Assembly: GCA_963839635.1 (NCBI GenBank)
Contig: CAWIVT010000007.1
Coordinates: 31,506-95,505 of the forward strand
Direction of reading: 5' to 3'
DNA: 64,000 nucleotides
Source of the DNA: an uncultured Chloroflexia bacterium
Lineage (GTDB): Bacteria > Chloroflexota > Limnocylindria > QHBO01
Within the stretch, counting starts at the first letter, position 1; the number at the start of each line of letters is the position of its first letter. A program made the translations under genes and the position numbers. The notes beneath the pieces are model-generated. The model was not told the DNA's origin, made no database searches, and was given only the letters and a program-made list of their open reading frames with translations. Below, one piece after another: positions 16,341-29,490 of the stretch.

Positions 16341-17833
16341 ATGACCGCACGGCCGAGCCATCCCGCCGATGCCGATCCGGTCGACATCAGGGCGCTGGGT
16401 GGACGGGCCACGGGCCAGCTGCTGCTGAGGGTCGTGCTGACCCGCGTCCTCACGTTCGGCGCACTCATCATCCTTGCGCGAGCGCTCTCGCCGGCCGAAT
16501 TCGGCGCATTCGCAGTCATCGGGATCGTCGTGTCGATGGCGGTCGCCGTCGGCGATCTCGGGATCAACGGCGCCCTGATCCAGCAACCTTCCCGCCCTCC
16601 CGCCACGAGCTCGCGACGGCGTGGACCCTCCAGCTGCTGATCTGGCTCGTCGGCGCGGCGCTGATCTGGGTGTCCGCGCCGCTGATCGCCTCGGCTGCGG
16701 GACTGGCGGCGGACGGGGCGGCGCAGATCCGGGTCATGACGCTGACGCTGCTGCTGTGGACGCTCAGGCACATTCCTGTCGCCCTTCTCACGAGGGCCAT
16801 GCGCTTCGACGTGCTCGCTCGGACCGAGGTCGCCCAGGTCGCGGTCAACCACTCGACCACCATCCTCCTCGCGCTCAACGGGTTCGGCGTGTGGAGCCTC
16901 GTGGTGGGAGCGGTCCTGCAGGCGGCCACCGGTGCGCTGCTGTTCAACCTGGCGTGGCGCGGATGGGCTGGGTGGGGCCTCGACCCGACCGCCGCGAGGC
17001 GATTGCTTCGCTACGGCGTCCGCTTCCAGGCAGCCGAAGGGCTGGGTGCCCTGCGGGACGTGGTGGTGCCGGTCCTCGGTGGCCTGGCGGGTGGCGTGAC
17101 GGCGGTGGGCTACCTGCACTTCGCGTGGCGCAACGGACAGCTCGCGAGCAGCGTCGAGGAGATCGCCGGCCGCGTGTCGATGCCGGCGTTCAGCCGCGTC
17201 GCAGCCGACCGGCAGCGCCTCGCGCGGGCGGCTCGAATGCCGATCCTGACGGTCGCGCTGGTGGTGGGTGCGGTCCAGTGGTGGGTCATCGCGGTCGCAC
17301 CGGAGCTGGTCGCCATCGTCTTCGGAGATCGCTGGGGGCCGGCCGTCGTTCCTCTGCAGCTCATCTGTCTGGGCAGCATGGCGCTGGCACCCGCGCGGAT
17401 CATGCGCAGCCTCCTCCATGCCGCCGGGATGCCGGGACCCGCGATGCGGGCCGTCATCGGTGGGGTCGTCGCGCTCTTCGTCGGCTTCGGCGTGCTGGTC
17501 ATGCTCGCCGGCCTGGCCGGTGCCGGCGCCGCCTTCGCGCTCGCGTCGGTCATCGGCCTGCTGCTCATGGCACGGGCAAGCAGCCCCGTGGTGGCCTTCC
17601 CCTGGCTCGCCTTCCTGCGGGTGAACGCGCTTGCCATGTTCTCCGCGGGCGTTGCCTGGCTCGTGGTTGGGGCCGCGGGCGGAGGCATCGGCCTCGTCGC
17701 CTCGGGCCTCGCGTACATCGCGGTGCTTGGGGCGCTGGCATGGTTCGTCGAGCGGGAGACGATCACCTGGCTGCGAGAGACCTGGCTGTCCGCCCGGCGC
17801 AGGCCGCCGGCACGCGGCGGCGTCGAGATCTAG
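16341..17833 (+). pseudogene. MOP-superfamily polysaccharide flippase (Wzx-like), one frameshift as assembled
   Basis: MTARPSH...LLLRVVLTRVLTFGALIILARALSPAEFGAFAVIG...INGALIQQP reads in the frame of track ORF 16290-16640. The rest (HELATAWTLQLLIWLVG... with about 12 more TM helices) is in the frame of track ORF 16307-17833. The switch falls near 16590-16600 in a C-rich run. Confidence 0.75.
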
Positions 17834-17836
17834 CCG

Positions 17837-18389
17837 CTACCAGGCGGGGAGGTCGGCCGCCATGGCGGTCAGGGTCGGGTTGTGGCGATCTCGCTCGGAG
17901 ACGACGGGGTCCGCCGCGGGCCACGGGATGCCGAGGTCCGGATCGTCCCAGGCGATGCCGCGCTCGGTCTCCGGGTCGTAGTAGCTGCCGACCTTGTAGA
18001 CGAAGTCGGCCACGTCACTGACCACGCAGAATCCGTGTGCGAACCCGATCGGCACGTACAGCTGCAGGTGCTTCGTCGTCGTCGAGGTCGAACGACTCCC
18101 ACTCGCCGAACGTCGGGGAGCTGCGCCGAAGGTCGACCACCACGTCGAAGACCCGGCCGCGCGCGACGCGAACGAGCTTGGGCTGACCCGGCTCCGCCTG
18201 GAAGTGGAGCGCGCGGATGGTCCCGCGGGTGGAATGCGAGTGGTTGTCCTGCACGAAGTCGCCCAACACTCCCGCGTCCCGATACGGCTCTCGCCGGTAT
18301 GTCTCCAGGAAGAATCCGCGATCATCGGCCACCACTCGCGGCTGGATGAGGATCGGCCCGTTGAGGCGTGTCGGCAGCGTCGTGATCAC
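17837..18389 (-). pseudogene. rmlC: dTDP-4-dehydrorhamnose 3,5-epimerase, one frameshift as assembled
   Basis: N-terminal part LIQPRVVADDRGFFLETYR...IRALHFQ...KLVRVARGRVFDVVVDLR (track ORF 18015-18389). C-terminal part KHLQLYVPIGFAHGFCVVSD...YYDPETERGIAWDDPDLGIPWP (track ORF 17837-18325). The frame switch is near 18075. Confidence 0.85.
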
Positions 18390-19515
18390 GCGGATCCGCC
18401 CTTCGCGGTCAGCTCGGCGAAGTAGGCCTCGTACTCCTCGGTGACGGCGTCCCAGCTGTAGTGCTCCCGGACACGGTGCTCCGCTCGAACCCGAAGGTCC
18501 GCGATCGCCTCGGGGTCGTCCAGGAGCGCGCGCAGCTGGGCCGCGAGGTCATCTGCATCGCGCAGGGCGAAGTAGCGGCCCGCCGTCGCCGACCACTTCC
18601 CGGTGCTCGGGAACGTCGTGGGCCAGGACGGCGTTGCGGTGGCCAAGGGCCTCGACCAGGGCCGGATGCGTCCCACCCACCTCGGTCGCCTGGATGTAGA
18701 CCAGCGCGTTCGCCTGGAGGGCGTGGTAGTCCTCTCCGAATCGGTATCCGAGGAATCGGACGCGCTCATCGGCCGCTGCCCTGACCTCGGCGATGTAGGA
18801 CTGCGCATATGGTGCGTCCCCGACGATGACGAGCGGGACGTCGGTGTCGAGCCTGCCGTAGGCCTGAACGACGAGCAGCGCGTTGTTCTCCGGTTCCAGC
18901 CGGCTCACGTAGAGGAGGTATCGGTCCGGCTCCAGGCCGAGCGCCCGGACCCGCCCGGCCTCGTGGCCGCGCTCGTACAGCGTCGTCCCGTACGCAAAGC
19001 AACGCGTCGCGCGCTTCCAGGTTCGAAGGTAGAAGGCCTGGATCACTTCCGCGTCCGTCACGACCTCGATCGGCATGTGGGCCGCGAGCTTCGCGGCCCA
19101 TCGGTAATAGCGTCGCGCGATGCTTCCCCCATTTCGCGCGCCGCCATTCGAGGCCGTCCACGTTGAGGACCACTTGCTGGCGGCGCAGCCACGGGATCCA
19201 GCAGATCGGCGCATTCGCGCTGTTGCAGACGTAGACGATGTCGTACCTGCCGAAGAGCGCGTGCATGGCCGACAGCAGCGTGTGCGAGATGGTCTCCGCG
19301 TACTTGTGCCGGATCGCCGGCAGATGGACGAGCTTCACGCCGCGATGGGAAGCAGGTTGGTCGGAGGCATTGCCGGTCCGGCAATACACCGTCACGTCAT
19401 GACCGCGTTCGACGAGGCGGGCCGAGAACTCCTCGGCGAAGGTCTCGAAGCCGCCGTAGTTGCCGGGGATACCTCGGGTGCCGAGGATGGCGATCCGAAG
19501 GCCCGGGCGCCTCAC
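18386..19515 (-). pseudogene. GT4-family glycosyltransferase with DUF1972-type N-terminus, two frameshifts as assembled
   Basis: GTG at 19515 overlaps the upstream stop (GTGA). LRIAILGTRGIPGNYGGFETFAEE...NVDGLEWRRAKWG is followed by GSIARRYYRWAAKLAAHMPIEVVTD after an indel in the C5 run at 19126-19130. A second switch lies near 18600, before ...RYFALRDADDLAAQLRALLDDPE. Confidence 0.75.
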
Positions 19516-20627
19516 CCGGCGGACCCTGCGCCGATCACGCGGTCGTAGACGACGCTCAGCCGGTCCGCCGCCGATCGCCACGAGTACCCCGCCGCTCGGC
19601 GAAGGCCACGCTCGACGAGCGTTCCACGGAGGTCCGGGTCGTCGATGAGCTGCGAGATCGCACCCGCGAAAGCACCGACGTCGTATGGGTCCACGATCAG
19701 CGCCGCGTCTCCGGCCACCTCGGGTAGCGACCCTCCCGTGGTCGTCACCACCGGCGTGCCAGTGGCCATGGCCTCCACCACGGGAAGGCCGAATCCCTCG
19801 TAGATGGACGGGTAGACGAACACGTCGGCGGCCCGATACTCCTGGAGGAGCTCTTCCTCGGTGACGTATCCCAGGAGCACCACGTCCGAACCTCCCAGCC
19901 GATCCTGGATCTCCTGCGCAGCATGGCCCGGCGGGCCGATGACGCGAAGCTGAACGCGCGAGCGGGCTCCCACGATCCGCACCGCGTCCAGCAGCCTCAG
20001 GAGGTTCTTGCGAGGCTGAAGCGTACCGACGGCCAGGATGCGCACCAGCTCCGGGTTCGCGCTGGCCGGCCGCGGCTCCCCCGGCGCCAGGAAGGCATCG
20101 GAGACCCCACCGGGGACGACGGCGATCCGGTCGGGGTCCAGCCCGTACAGCTCGATCATCTCCGAGCGTGCATGCTCTGAGAGGGTGACGACCATCGACG
20201 CCCGTCGGGCGGCTTCGCGCACCAGGACTCGGTTCTTCAGCACCTCGACGCGGCTGAAGAAGTCCGGATGACGCTCGAACGAGACATCGTGGATCGATAC
20301 GACCGTTGGCCGTCGGGACAGCAATGGCCGGTAGTACATGGAGTGAATGAGATCGAACCTGGATCCGGCCATTCCGAGTGCCAGCAGCCGCAGCCACCCA
20401 TTGCGCGGGACGCGCCTGATCGCCACGGGCGGCTCCAGGGCGGGGTCGGCCGCGCCACCGGCGACGGCCGCGGTCAGATGGAGGTTCGGCCTTCCGCGGA
20501 GCGCGTTCAGCAGCTCGCGCGCGTAGGTCTCGTTTCCGGTCTTGCCAGACCCGATGTGATGGGCGTCGAACAGGACTCGGGTCGGCGTTGCGTGCATTTC
20601 GGCGGTCGATCCGGGGCTGATTGCCAT
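19512..20627 (-). CDS. GT4-family glycosyltransferase
   Basis: 371 aa, intact, with an E-x7-E region: VYPSIYEGFGLPVVEAMATGTPVVTT. Confidence 0.85.
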   Translation of the reverse strand: MAISPGSTAEMHATPTRVLFDAHHIGSGKTGNETYARELLNALRGRPNLHLTAAVAGGAADPALEPPVAIRRVPRNGWLRLLALGMAGSRFDLIHSMYYRPLLSRRPTVVSIHDVSFERHPDFFSRVEVLKNRVLVREAARRASMVVTLSEHARSEMIELYGLDPDRIAVVPGGVSDAFLAPGEPRPASANPELVRILAVGTLQPRKNLLRLLDAVRIVGARSRVQLRVIGPPGHAAQEIQDRLGGSDVVLLGYVTEEELLQEYRAADVFVYPSIYEGFGLPVVEAMATGTPVVTTTGGSLPEVAGDAALIVDPYDVGAFAGAISQLIDDPDLRGTLVERGLRRAAGYSWRSAADRLSVVYDRVIGAGSAG

Positions 20628-20709
20628 AGGCTACCAGTCATCGAGACAGGAGCGTTGCGCCACCCAGTCGCACGGCCGGTTGCACCGGGGCCACTCCAGG
20701 GGGACCCCA

Positions 20710-22155
20710 ATGCCCCTTGAGGTAGCAGCGGCGTGGCTGGTTGTCATGGTGGCCGCCATCGTCTGCGGTATCACGTACGCCCGTGGCCAGTGGCACGTGA
20801 CGGTGGGCGTCCTGTTCGCCGCGGCAAGCTTCTCGGCGATCACGGCGCCGACGCCGCTCGGCAGCCTTCGCCCCGAGCAGGGAGCGCTCGTCGTCCTCTC
20901 CCTCGCGGTGCTCGCGACGCGTGCCCGGGACATCTGGGGACTTGTCACGGCCGCGCCCCTGGTGGCTGGTTCGGCGGTCCTCTACCTCGGCGCGAACGTG
21001 GTGTCGTCGCTGCTCTTCGCCCCCAGCCCAGCGGAGAGCCTGAAGATCGCCGGATGGCTGGCGCTGTCGATTGCCGCCATGGTGATCGTCGCCGTGATGG
21101 TACGGGACCGGGGACACGACCTCGATTTTCCGCGCTGGATCGTGGCGGCTGCCTGCATCCAGACGCTGGTCGGCCTGGCCGCGGTGGCGAGCCAGGCGGT
21201 CTTCAACACCGAGTGGTCGGTGCAGACCAACGACGTGCTGTTGGGGAAGACGAAGGGCCTCTCGTGGGAGGCGAACCTCCTCGCAATCAACCTGGCCATG
21301 GCACTGGCGTTCGTCGTCCTTCCACGCAGCATCCGCATGGCGAGACGGGTCCGCCTCCTGCTGGTGGCGTGGCTCGGCCTCGGCCTCGGCCTCGCCTACT
21401 CGCGTGGCGGATTGATCGCACTCGCGGTCGGCGTCGGGATCGTGATGCTCGCGCTCGCCTGGACGTGGCGACAGCGCATCGGGTCGCTGTTCCGCCGCCG
21501 CCTCGTACCGATGGGAGCGATGACCGCCATGGCGCTGGTGATCGCGGTGGGCACGTTCCAGGTGCAATCCGTTCTCGGCAGGCTGGGAGTGGGCGTCACG
21601 CCGGACACCGTGATCGTCGACGAGGAGATCGGGGACGTGCCCATCCCCACGCGGCGTCCAGGCGGCGGTGACGGCCAGCCCACTCCATCGGCGTCGCCTC
21701 GAGTCCGGTACGTCGGCACAGGGGACACCATCGAGGTGCGGCTGCGGAACATCGGGATCGGCCTGCGGGAGATCGATGAGAGTCCGTTGATCGGCCTCGG
21801 CACCGACTCGTTCCGCCAACGGCATCAAGAGGTGTCCTGCGACTGCGGGGCGCACATCGCGAACCTCCCGTTCGCCGCGATGTACGACTCGGGCGCCGTC
21901 GGGCTGATCGGGCTCGCCGGCCTGCTGGGATCGGCGCTGTGGGCAGCCTGGCGCACCGGAAGCTGGGCGTACCTCGCCGCCCTGATCGTCATGATCGTGG
22001 GGTATCAGATCACCGACGCGTTCCGGTTCGCGTCGAACTGGATCATTCTGGGAGTCGTGTTCGGCGTCTGGCTCGCCGGGACGAGCCGAACGCAGTCGAA
22101 GGAGCGGAATGGCCAAGCCGACGCGAACTATCAGGATCAGGCAGCTTCGCGCTGA
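20710..22155 (+). CDS. O-antigen ligase/polymerase (Wzy_C-like) polytopic membrane protein
   Basis: At least 10 hydrophobic helices, a characteristic AYSRGGLIALAVG segment, and a large periplasmic-type loop before the last helices. ATG at 20710 is preferred over TTG at 20680. Confidence 0.7.
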   Translation: MPLEVAAAWLVVMVAAIVCGITYARGQWHVTVGVLFAAASFSAITAPTPLGSLRPEQGALVVLSLAVLATRARDIWGLVTAAPLVAGSAVLYLGANVVSSLLFAPSPAESLKIAGWLALSIAAMVIVAVMVRDRGHDLDFPRWIVAAACIQTLVGLAAVASQAVFNTEWSVQTNDVLLGKTKGLSWEANLLAINLAMALAFVVLPRSIRMARRVRLLLVAWLGLGLGLAYSRGGLIALAVGVGIVMLALAWTWRQRIGSLFRRRLVPMGAMTAMALVIAVGTFQVQSVLGRLGVGVTPDTVIVDEEIGDVPIPTRRPGGGDGQPTPSASPRVRYVGTGDTIEVRLRNIGIGLREIDESPLIGLGTDSFRQRHQEVSCDCGAHIANLPFAAMYDSGAVGLIGLAGLLGSALWAAWRTGSWAYLAALIVMIVGYQITDAFRFASNWIILGVVFGVWLAGTSRTQSKERNGQADANYQDQAASR

Positions 22156-22591
22156 CGATGCCCAGGGGCTCGGCGAGCTGCTCGAAGAGCTCCGCGAGGA
22201 CCCGGCCTCCGCTCATTTCCACCCACATCCGTTTACCCGTGACGCGGCGCGGCACATCGCGGAGCGAGATGGGATTCGACGGGACTCGTACTTCGGAGCG
22301 TTCCTGGAAGACGGCAGCCTGATCGGCTACGGAATGCTTCGGGGCTGGGACGAAGGCTATGAGATCCCGAGCTTCGGCGTCGCGGTCTCCGTCGCGCATC
22401 GTGGGTCAGGGCTCGGGCGGCGCCTCCTGCGCCACGCGATCTCGATCGCGCGCCGGCGTGGGGCGCCGAGCGTCATGCTGAAGGTGCATCCGGCCAACCC
22501 CAACGCGAGGCGTCTCTACGAGAGCGAGGGCTTCATCTTCGATCTCACTCCGCTCGAGGGCGGACAGATCAAGGGTTTCCTCACCTTCTGA
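22109..22591 (+). CDS. GNAT-family N-acetyltransferase
   Basis: 160 aa with an acetyl-CoA binding segment: FGVAVSVAHRGSGLGRRLLRHAISIARRRG. GGAG lies 4 nt before the ATG. It overlaps the preceding gene by 47 nt. Confidence 0.8.
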   Translation: MAKPTRTIRIRQLRADDAQGLGELLEELREDPASAHFHPHPFTRDAARHIAERDGIRRDSYFGAFLEDGSLIGYGMLRGWDEGYEIPSFGVAVSVAHRGSGLGRRLLRHAISIARRRGAPSVMLKVHPANPNARRLYESEGFIFDLTPLEGGQIKGFLTF

Positions 22592-22604
22592 CTGGACGGT
22601 AGAC

Positions 22605-24161
22605 ATGGCGAACCAGCCACCCCCCGATCAGGGCGAGCGCGGGTCCGGCGCCGCGTGGGGCGCACTCGTGAACGCCTCCTATGCCCTCGCCGAATTTGCC
22701 TGGCCGATCGTGGTATCGCTGATCGTCACGCCGATCGTGGTGACCGGACTGGGGCCGAGCGCCTTCGGCGTGCTCTCGCTCGTGGCCGTCACGCTCGGCC
22801 TCTTCAGCCTGTTGGATCTCGGCATCGGCGGCGCGGCGCTCCGGGCGGTGGCGCAGCACGTCGAGCGTGGTGATCGCGACCTGGCAGGGAGGGTCCTCGG
22901 CACCGTCGTCACCACGTATGCCGGCATCGGCGCCGTCGGAGCCACCCTGGTCGTGCTCGTCACGCCAAGCCTCGTTTCGGACGTGCTGTCCATCCCGGCC
23001 GAGCTCCAGCCCGCGGCGTCGACCGCGTTCTACATCGCCGGGCTCGGCTTTCCGGTGTCGCTCATCGCGGGCGCCTTTGCGAGTGTTCCCAAGGCGGTGC
23101 AGCGGTTCGATCTCTCGACCCGCGTCGCCGTCGTCTTCACGACGATCGGCCCTCTGGCGACGGTCCTCCTCGTCATGGCGGGCTACGGGCTTGCCGCCAT
23201 CGCGGCTTCCGCGCTCGTCGTCAACGTCGTGATGGCGATCGCCTACTACCGAGTCGCCTCTCGGCTGCTCGGGTTTGGCCGCCTGCCCCTGGGCATCGAC
23301 ATGGCGATCCTGCGAGGTCTCGCGCGGTTCGGTGGGTGGTTCGTCGTGGCGTCGATCGGCGTCACGGTCCTCTACCAGCTCGACAAGCTGATTCTCGGGT
23401 CGCTGCTGAGCGTCGCGGCCGTCACGTACTACGTCGTGCCGGGAAGCCTCGCCAATCGCATCCAGGGCGCCGTCGGAGCTGCGACCCAGATCGTGTTCCC
23501 GGCTGCATCGGCGATCTTCGCGCAGGAACGCCCGGACAAGCTCGTCCGCCTCTACCGCGACGGCACGCGGCTGTCCTTCCTTCTCGCCGCCGCGCTCAGT
23601 GTTCCGATGGCCGTCTTCGCCGAGCCGTTCCTCCGGTACTGGCTCGGCCCGACGTTCGCGGACCGGAGCTCGGTGGTGATGGTCCTGATGGTTGGGACCT
23701 ACGCGCTCCTTGGCCTGACCGGGGTCGCATGGGGGCTGGGCTTCGGATCCGGCCGCGCCAAGATCAATGCCCTGTTCGCGGTTGGGATGGCCGTGCTCGA
23801 CGTGGTCCTGCTGTTCGTCCTCGTCGGGCCGTACGGCATCACCGGCGCGGCTGTCGCATTCCTGCTCAGCGCCGCCATCGGCGCACCCGCGCTGATCGTC
23901 TATGTCGAGCGAGGTGTCGTCGGGCTGAGCGGGCTCAGCTTCCTGGCGCAGTACGCCCGCGTCATGCCCGCCGTGGCACTCCAGGTCGGGGCAGCGCTCC
24001 TCCTCCGCGGGCTCGCCGTTGGCCTGCTTCCGACACTCGTCCTCATGGCCGCCACGGCGGCGGCGCTGCCAATCCTCTACCTCGTCCTCCGCCTTGCGAC
24101 GCCTGCGGATCGAGCCCTGGTCGACCAGATGGTGGGTCGGGTCCGACGGCTTCGGGGGTGA
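22605..24161 (+). CDS. MOP-superfamily polysaccharide flippase (Wzx-like)
   Basis: 518 aa, about 14 TM helices, typical polysaccharide-biosynthesis-protein layout, intact. Confidence 0.8.
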   Translation: MANQPPPDQGERGSGAAWGALVNASYALAEFAWPIVVSLIVTPIVVTGLGPSAFGVLSLVAVTLGLFSLLDLGIGGAALRAVAQHVERGDRDLAGRVLGTVVTTYAGIGAVGATLVVLVTPSLVSDVLSIPAELQPAASTAFYIAGLGFPVSLIAGAFASVPKAVQRFDLSTRVAVVFTTIGPLATVLLVMAGYGLAAIAASALVVNVVMAIAYYRVASRLLGFGRLPLGIDMAILRGLARFGGWFVVASIGVTVLYQLDKLILGSLLSVAAVTYYVVPGSLANRIQGAVGAATQIVFPAASAIFAQERPDKLVRLYRDGTRLSFLLAAALSVPMAVFAEPFLRYWLGPTFADRSSVVMVLMVGTYALLGLTGVAWGLGFGSGRAKINALFAVGMAVLDVVLLFVLVGPYGITGAAVAFLLSAAIGAPALIVYVERGVVGLSGLSFLAQYARVMPAVALQVGAALLLRGLAVGLLPTLVLMAATAAALPILYLVLRLATPADRALVDQMVGRVRRLRG

Positions 24162-24266
24162 AGGTCGCGACGAGGTGCGATGAGGTATGGTCACCGCCGG
24201 GCCGAGCCGTGACATTTTTCTGGCCCGGCACGCACGCGCAGCCGCATTGCCCCGCTGGGAGAGACG

Positions 24267-25358
24267 ATGATCCCTGTCTACCGGCCCTGGATCACCGAGA
24301 AGGAACGACGATACGTGGACGAGGCCATGGCTTCGACCTGGATCTCGTCCAGGGGGGCCTTCCTCGATCGCTTCGAGAAGGAATTTTCGGCGTACGTGGG
24401 TGCCGAGCATGGGATCGCCGCGGCCAACGGCACGGTCGCGCTGCACCTCGCGTTCGAGGCGCTCGGCATCGGTCCGGGGGACGAGGTGATCGTCCCCTCG
24501 CTGACGTACGTCGCATCGGTGAACGCGATCAGCTACACGGGCGCGACGCCGGTGTTCGTCGACTCAGACGCGGAGCGGTGGAACCTGGACCCGGAGCTGG
24601 TGGAGCGTGCGATCACGCCGCGAACCAGGGCCATCGAGGTGGTGCACCTCTATGGGTATCCGGCCGACATGGATCCGATCCTGGACATCGCCGAGCGGCA
24701 TGGCCTCCTCGTGATCGAGGACGCGGCCGAGGCGCACGGTGCGGAATACAAGGGCCGCAGGGTAGGGTCCATCGGCACCGTCGGGGTCTTCAGCTTCTTC
24801 GGGAACAAGATCGTCACCACCGGAGAGGGCGGCATGCTGGTGACGAACGATGCCGAGCTGGCCGAGCGCGCTCGGCATCTGCGCGGGCAGGGAGTCTCGG
24901 CCACGCGGACGTACTGGCACGACGTCATCGGCTTCAACTACCGCATGACGAACATCGCGGCCGCCATCGGCTGCGCCCAGCTGGAGCGAATCGACGAGAC
25001 TCTCGAGGCGAAGCGGGAGCTCGCCCGGTCGTACGAGCGCCTCCTGGCGGGAATCGATGGCGTCGCCATCCAGGCCGATCCGCCCTGGGCGCGCCCGGTC
25101 TACTGGATGAACTGCATTCTTGTCGACCCGCAGCGGCGTGACCCGTTGATGGCACACCTCGCCGGCGAGGAGATCGAGACCCGTCCGTTCTTCTTCCCCG
25201 CGCACACCCTGCCGATGTACAGGACCGACGAGCAGTTTCCGGAAGCCGAGCGGATCGGGGCCTCGGGCATCAACCTCCCGTCATTTCCCACCCTCAAGCC
25301 TGACGAGGTGGAGCGCATCTGCCGCGTCATCGGGGACTTCATGCATCGGTCGGGGTAG
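24267..25358 (+). CDS. DegT/DnrJ/EryC1/StrS sugar aminotransferase, GDP-perosamine synthase-like
   Basis: MIPVYRPWITEKERRYVDEAMASTWISSRGAFLDRFEKEF...NGTVALHLA...GDEVIVPSLTYVAS...FSFFGNKIVTTGEGGM (PLP-Lys)...GFNYRMTNIAAAIGCAQLE. The overall pattern resembles Per/RfbE more than the PseC/ArnB types, judged from memory of those sequences. Confidence 0.75.
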   Translation: MIPVYRPWITEKERRYVDEAMASTWISSRGAFLDRFEKEFSAYVGAEHGIAAANGTVALHLAFEALGIGPGDEVIVPSLTYVASVNAISYTGATPVFVDSDAERWNLDPELVERAITPRTRAIEVVHLYGYPADMDPILDIAERHGLLVIEDAAEAHGAEYKGRRVGSIGTVGVFSFFGNKIVTTGEGGMLVTNDAELAERARHLRGQGVSATRTYWHDVIGFNYRMTNIAAAIGCAQLERIDETLEAKRELARSYERLLAGIDGVAIQADPPWARPVYWMNCILVDPQRRDPLMAHLAGEEIETRPFFFPAHTLPMYRTDEQFPEAERIGASGINLPSFPTLKPDEVERICRVIGDFMHRSG

Positions 25359-26718
25359 ATGAGGATCGCGGTCATCTTCCACGTGCCGAGCCCGGGCGGG
25401 CTCACACGCTTCACCCACGCCCTCATCGAGGGCCTCCTCTCAGCCGACGCCAGCGTCTCCATCGACTATTTCGTCTCCGACCGCCTGCTGGAGGCGGGAC
25501 GCGTGCCCGACTTCACGCTCGACGGACGGGCCAGGGTCATTCCCATCTCTGACCCGGCAGTCGCCGACAGCAATCTCGACGAGCGCCACTGGCTCGTGCA
25601 GTGGCTGAACATGCGGATGTCCGCCAACCCGCGGCTCCACTCCGCCGGCAGGGCGCTCTACCAGCGGATCTGGTCGGTTGCCGGGCGCGTCCGCGAGGGA
25701 CGGCCCGTCAAGCGTTGGTACGAGTTTGCGTTCACGCCCGAGCTGCTCGACGAGTTCCGGGCCTACGACGTCGTCTACCTGCCCTTCCCGTTCTACATCG
25801 AGCCCGCGACGGTCGACGCACCCATCGTCGGTACGTTCCACGACATGAACCACAAGCACTTTCCCGAGAACTTCCAGCCGGGCCTTCGAGAGCAGATCGA
25901 CCGGCAGCTCGACTTCTGGACGAGGCGAGCCGACGCGCTTGCGGTGTCGACTCGCTTCATCGAGGAGGACCTCACGACCTACTACCCCGCCGCCGCCGAC
26001 CGTACCTCGATCGTGTACGTCCCCCCGTACAACGTCGCGCCGCTCACGGAGGACGCCCGGCTCGCCGCCCTTGCCCGGTTCGGCCTTCGCGACGCCGGCT
26101 TCCTCCTGTATCCCTCGAACCAGGCACACCACAAGAACCTCATCGGGCTCGTCGCCGCGGCCGAAACCATGAAGCGACGGCACGGGACGCTCGACTACCC
26201 GATCGTCTTCACCGGCTTTGGAACCGACAAGCTCGGGATGGGCAAGGTGCGCTCGTTCGAGGAGGTCGACCGATACCTGGCCTCGTCCAGCCTGGTCGTC
26301 GGCGAGGACGTCCGCGGCCTTGGCTTCGTCACCGACGACGAGGTGGACAGCCTGACGCGGAGCGCGCGCATCGTGGTCTCGACCTCCCTGTACGAGGCCG
26401 GCTGCGGACCCGCACTCGACGCCTGGCAGTTCGGAGTCCCGGTCGCCTTCTCGAACATCCCACCCTTCGTCGAGCAGCTGGATGCGCTCGGGGTCGAGGC
26501 GTGGGCATTCGATCCCCGCGACCACGAGGACATCGCGCGTGTCCTGACCGGTGCGCTCGCCGATTGGGGTGAGTCGCAAGCGATGGCGGCGCGATCGAGG
26601 ACGGCCATCGCCAGCCATACGTGGACGCGCGCTGGGGCGGAATATCTCGCTGTCTTCGAGCGAGCGGCTGAGCGCTATCACCGTCTCGGGAGCACCCGCT
26701 CGCCCTATACTCCCGCCG

Positions 26719-26726
<8 letters not shown>
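25359..26726 (+). CDS. GT1/GT4-like glycosyltransferase
   Basis: 455 aa. C-terminal Rossmann half with an E-x7-(D/E)-like segment: VSTSLYEAGCGPALDAWQFGVPVAFSN. The start codon directly follows the preceding stop. Confidence 0.7.
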
Positions 26727-28653
<1,927 letters not shown>

Positions 28654-28671
<18 letters not shown>

Positions 28672-29490
28672 CCGCCAGTCAGCTCCATCCAGGAGGCCCA
28701 GCCGGCCGGCGCGGGAGACGTCGAGGACGGCGCGGAGCGGCACTCGCGAGGCTCGCGGGTACTCGCTCGACTCGATGGACTCCACCTGGAACGCCAGATC
28801 CCTCAGCACGGCCTCCGCCCATTCGAGGCGGCTCACGGGCGGAACGCCGGCGAGGTGCCACGCGCCCAAGGCCGCATCGTCGCGACCGATCAGGCGCTCG
28901 ACGGCCGATGCCAGCCACGCGACGTGCGTCGGGTTCCCGAACTCGTCGGCCACGACCCGGAGCGGGCGTCGCTCGAGCTGCATACGCTCGGCAGCCGCCC
29001 GGATCTTGTGCGGGAAGCTCTCCGACCCGCCGTAGAGCCACGCCGTACGCACGATGAGGTGCCGCGGCGCCGCCAGGGCCACGAGCTCTTCACCGCGAAG
29101 CTTGGAGGCTCCGTACGGATTGATCGGATTCGGGGCGTCCTCCTCGACATACGGCCGATCCAGGGTTCCATCGAACACCTCGTTGGTGGAGATCTGCACC
29201 ATGAGCGCGCCCGCGTCCGCTGCGGCCCGCGCGACCGCGCCAGCCGCCTCACCGTTGATCGCCATGGCGCGCTCGGGCTCACGGGCACAGCCGTCCACGT
29301 CCGTCCAGGCGGCCGAGTTGACGACGACGTCGGGGCCCAGCGACGTAAGCCGCTCCAGGTGCGCTGGGTCCATGATGTCGAAGCCGGGACGCGCGAGCGC
29401 GAGGACTTCGTCGCCGGCCTCCCCGAAGGCTCGGACGAGCTCCTGGCCCAGCTGGCCGCCTGCCCCGGTGATGGCGACGCGTCGCGCCAC
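28654..29490 (-). CDS. rmlD: dTDP-4-dehydrorhamnose reductase
   Basis: VARRVAITGAGGQLG...NSAAWTDVDGCE...PINPYGASKLRGE...RTAWLYG. GTG at 29490 places the Rossmann motif at the N-terminus as usual. The track start at 29604 would add 38 non-conserved residues. Confidence 0.8.

Noticed and set aside
19126-19130. Frameshifts interpreted as programmed recoding (as in the IS transposase)
   Set aside because: Apart from the IS A5G6 site, none of the sites has a slippery heptamer plus a downstream structure. They occur in unrelated housekeeping and biosynthetic genes, often several per gene. Sequencing or assembly indels are the simpler explanation.
22581-24446. Other long antisense or alternative-frame ORFs: 22581-24446, 43009-44952, 20638-22116, 16079-17419, 16621-18021, 23336-25141, 25440-26750, 1257-2699, 11161-12549, 35746-37047, 46355-47368 and 46846-48057
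   Set aside because: Each overlaps a gene with clear family motifs on the other strand or in another frame. Each has an extreme Arg/Pro/Gly/Asp composition and no recognisable domain. They are shadow ORFs caused by GC3 bias.
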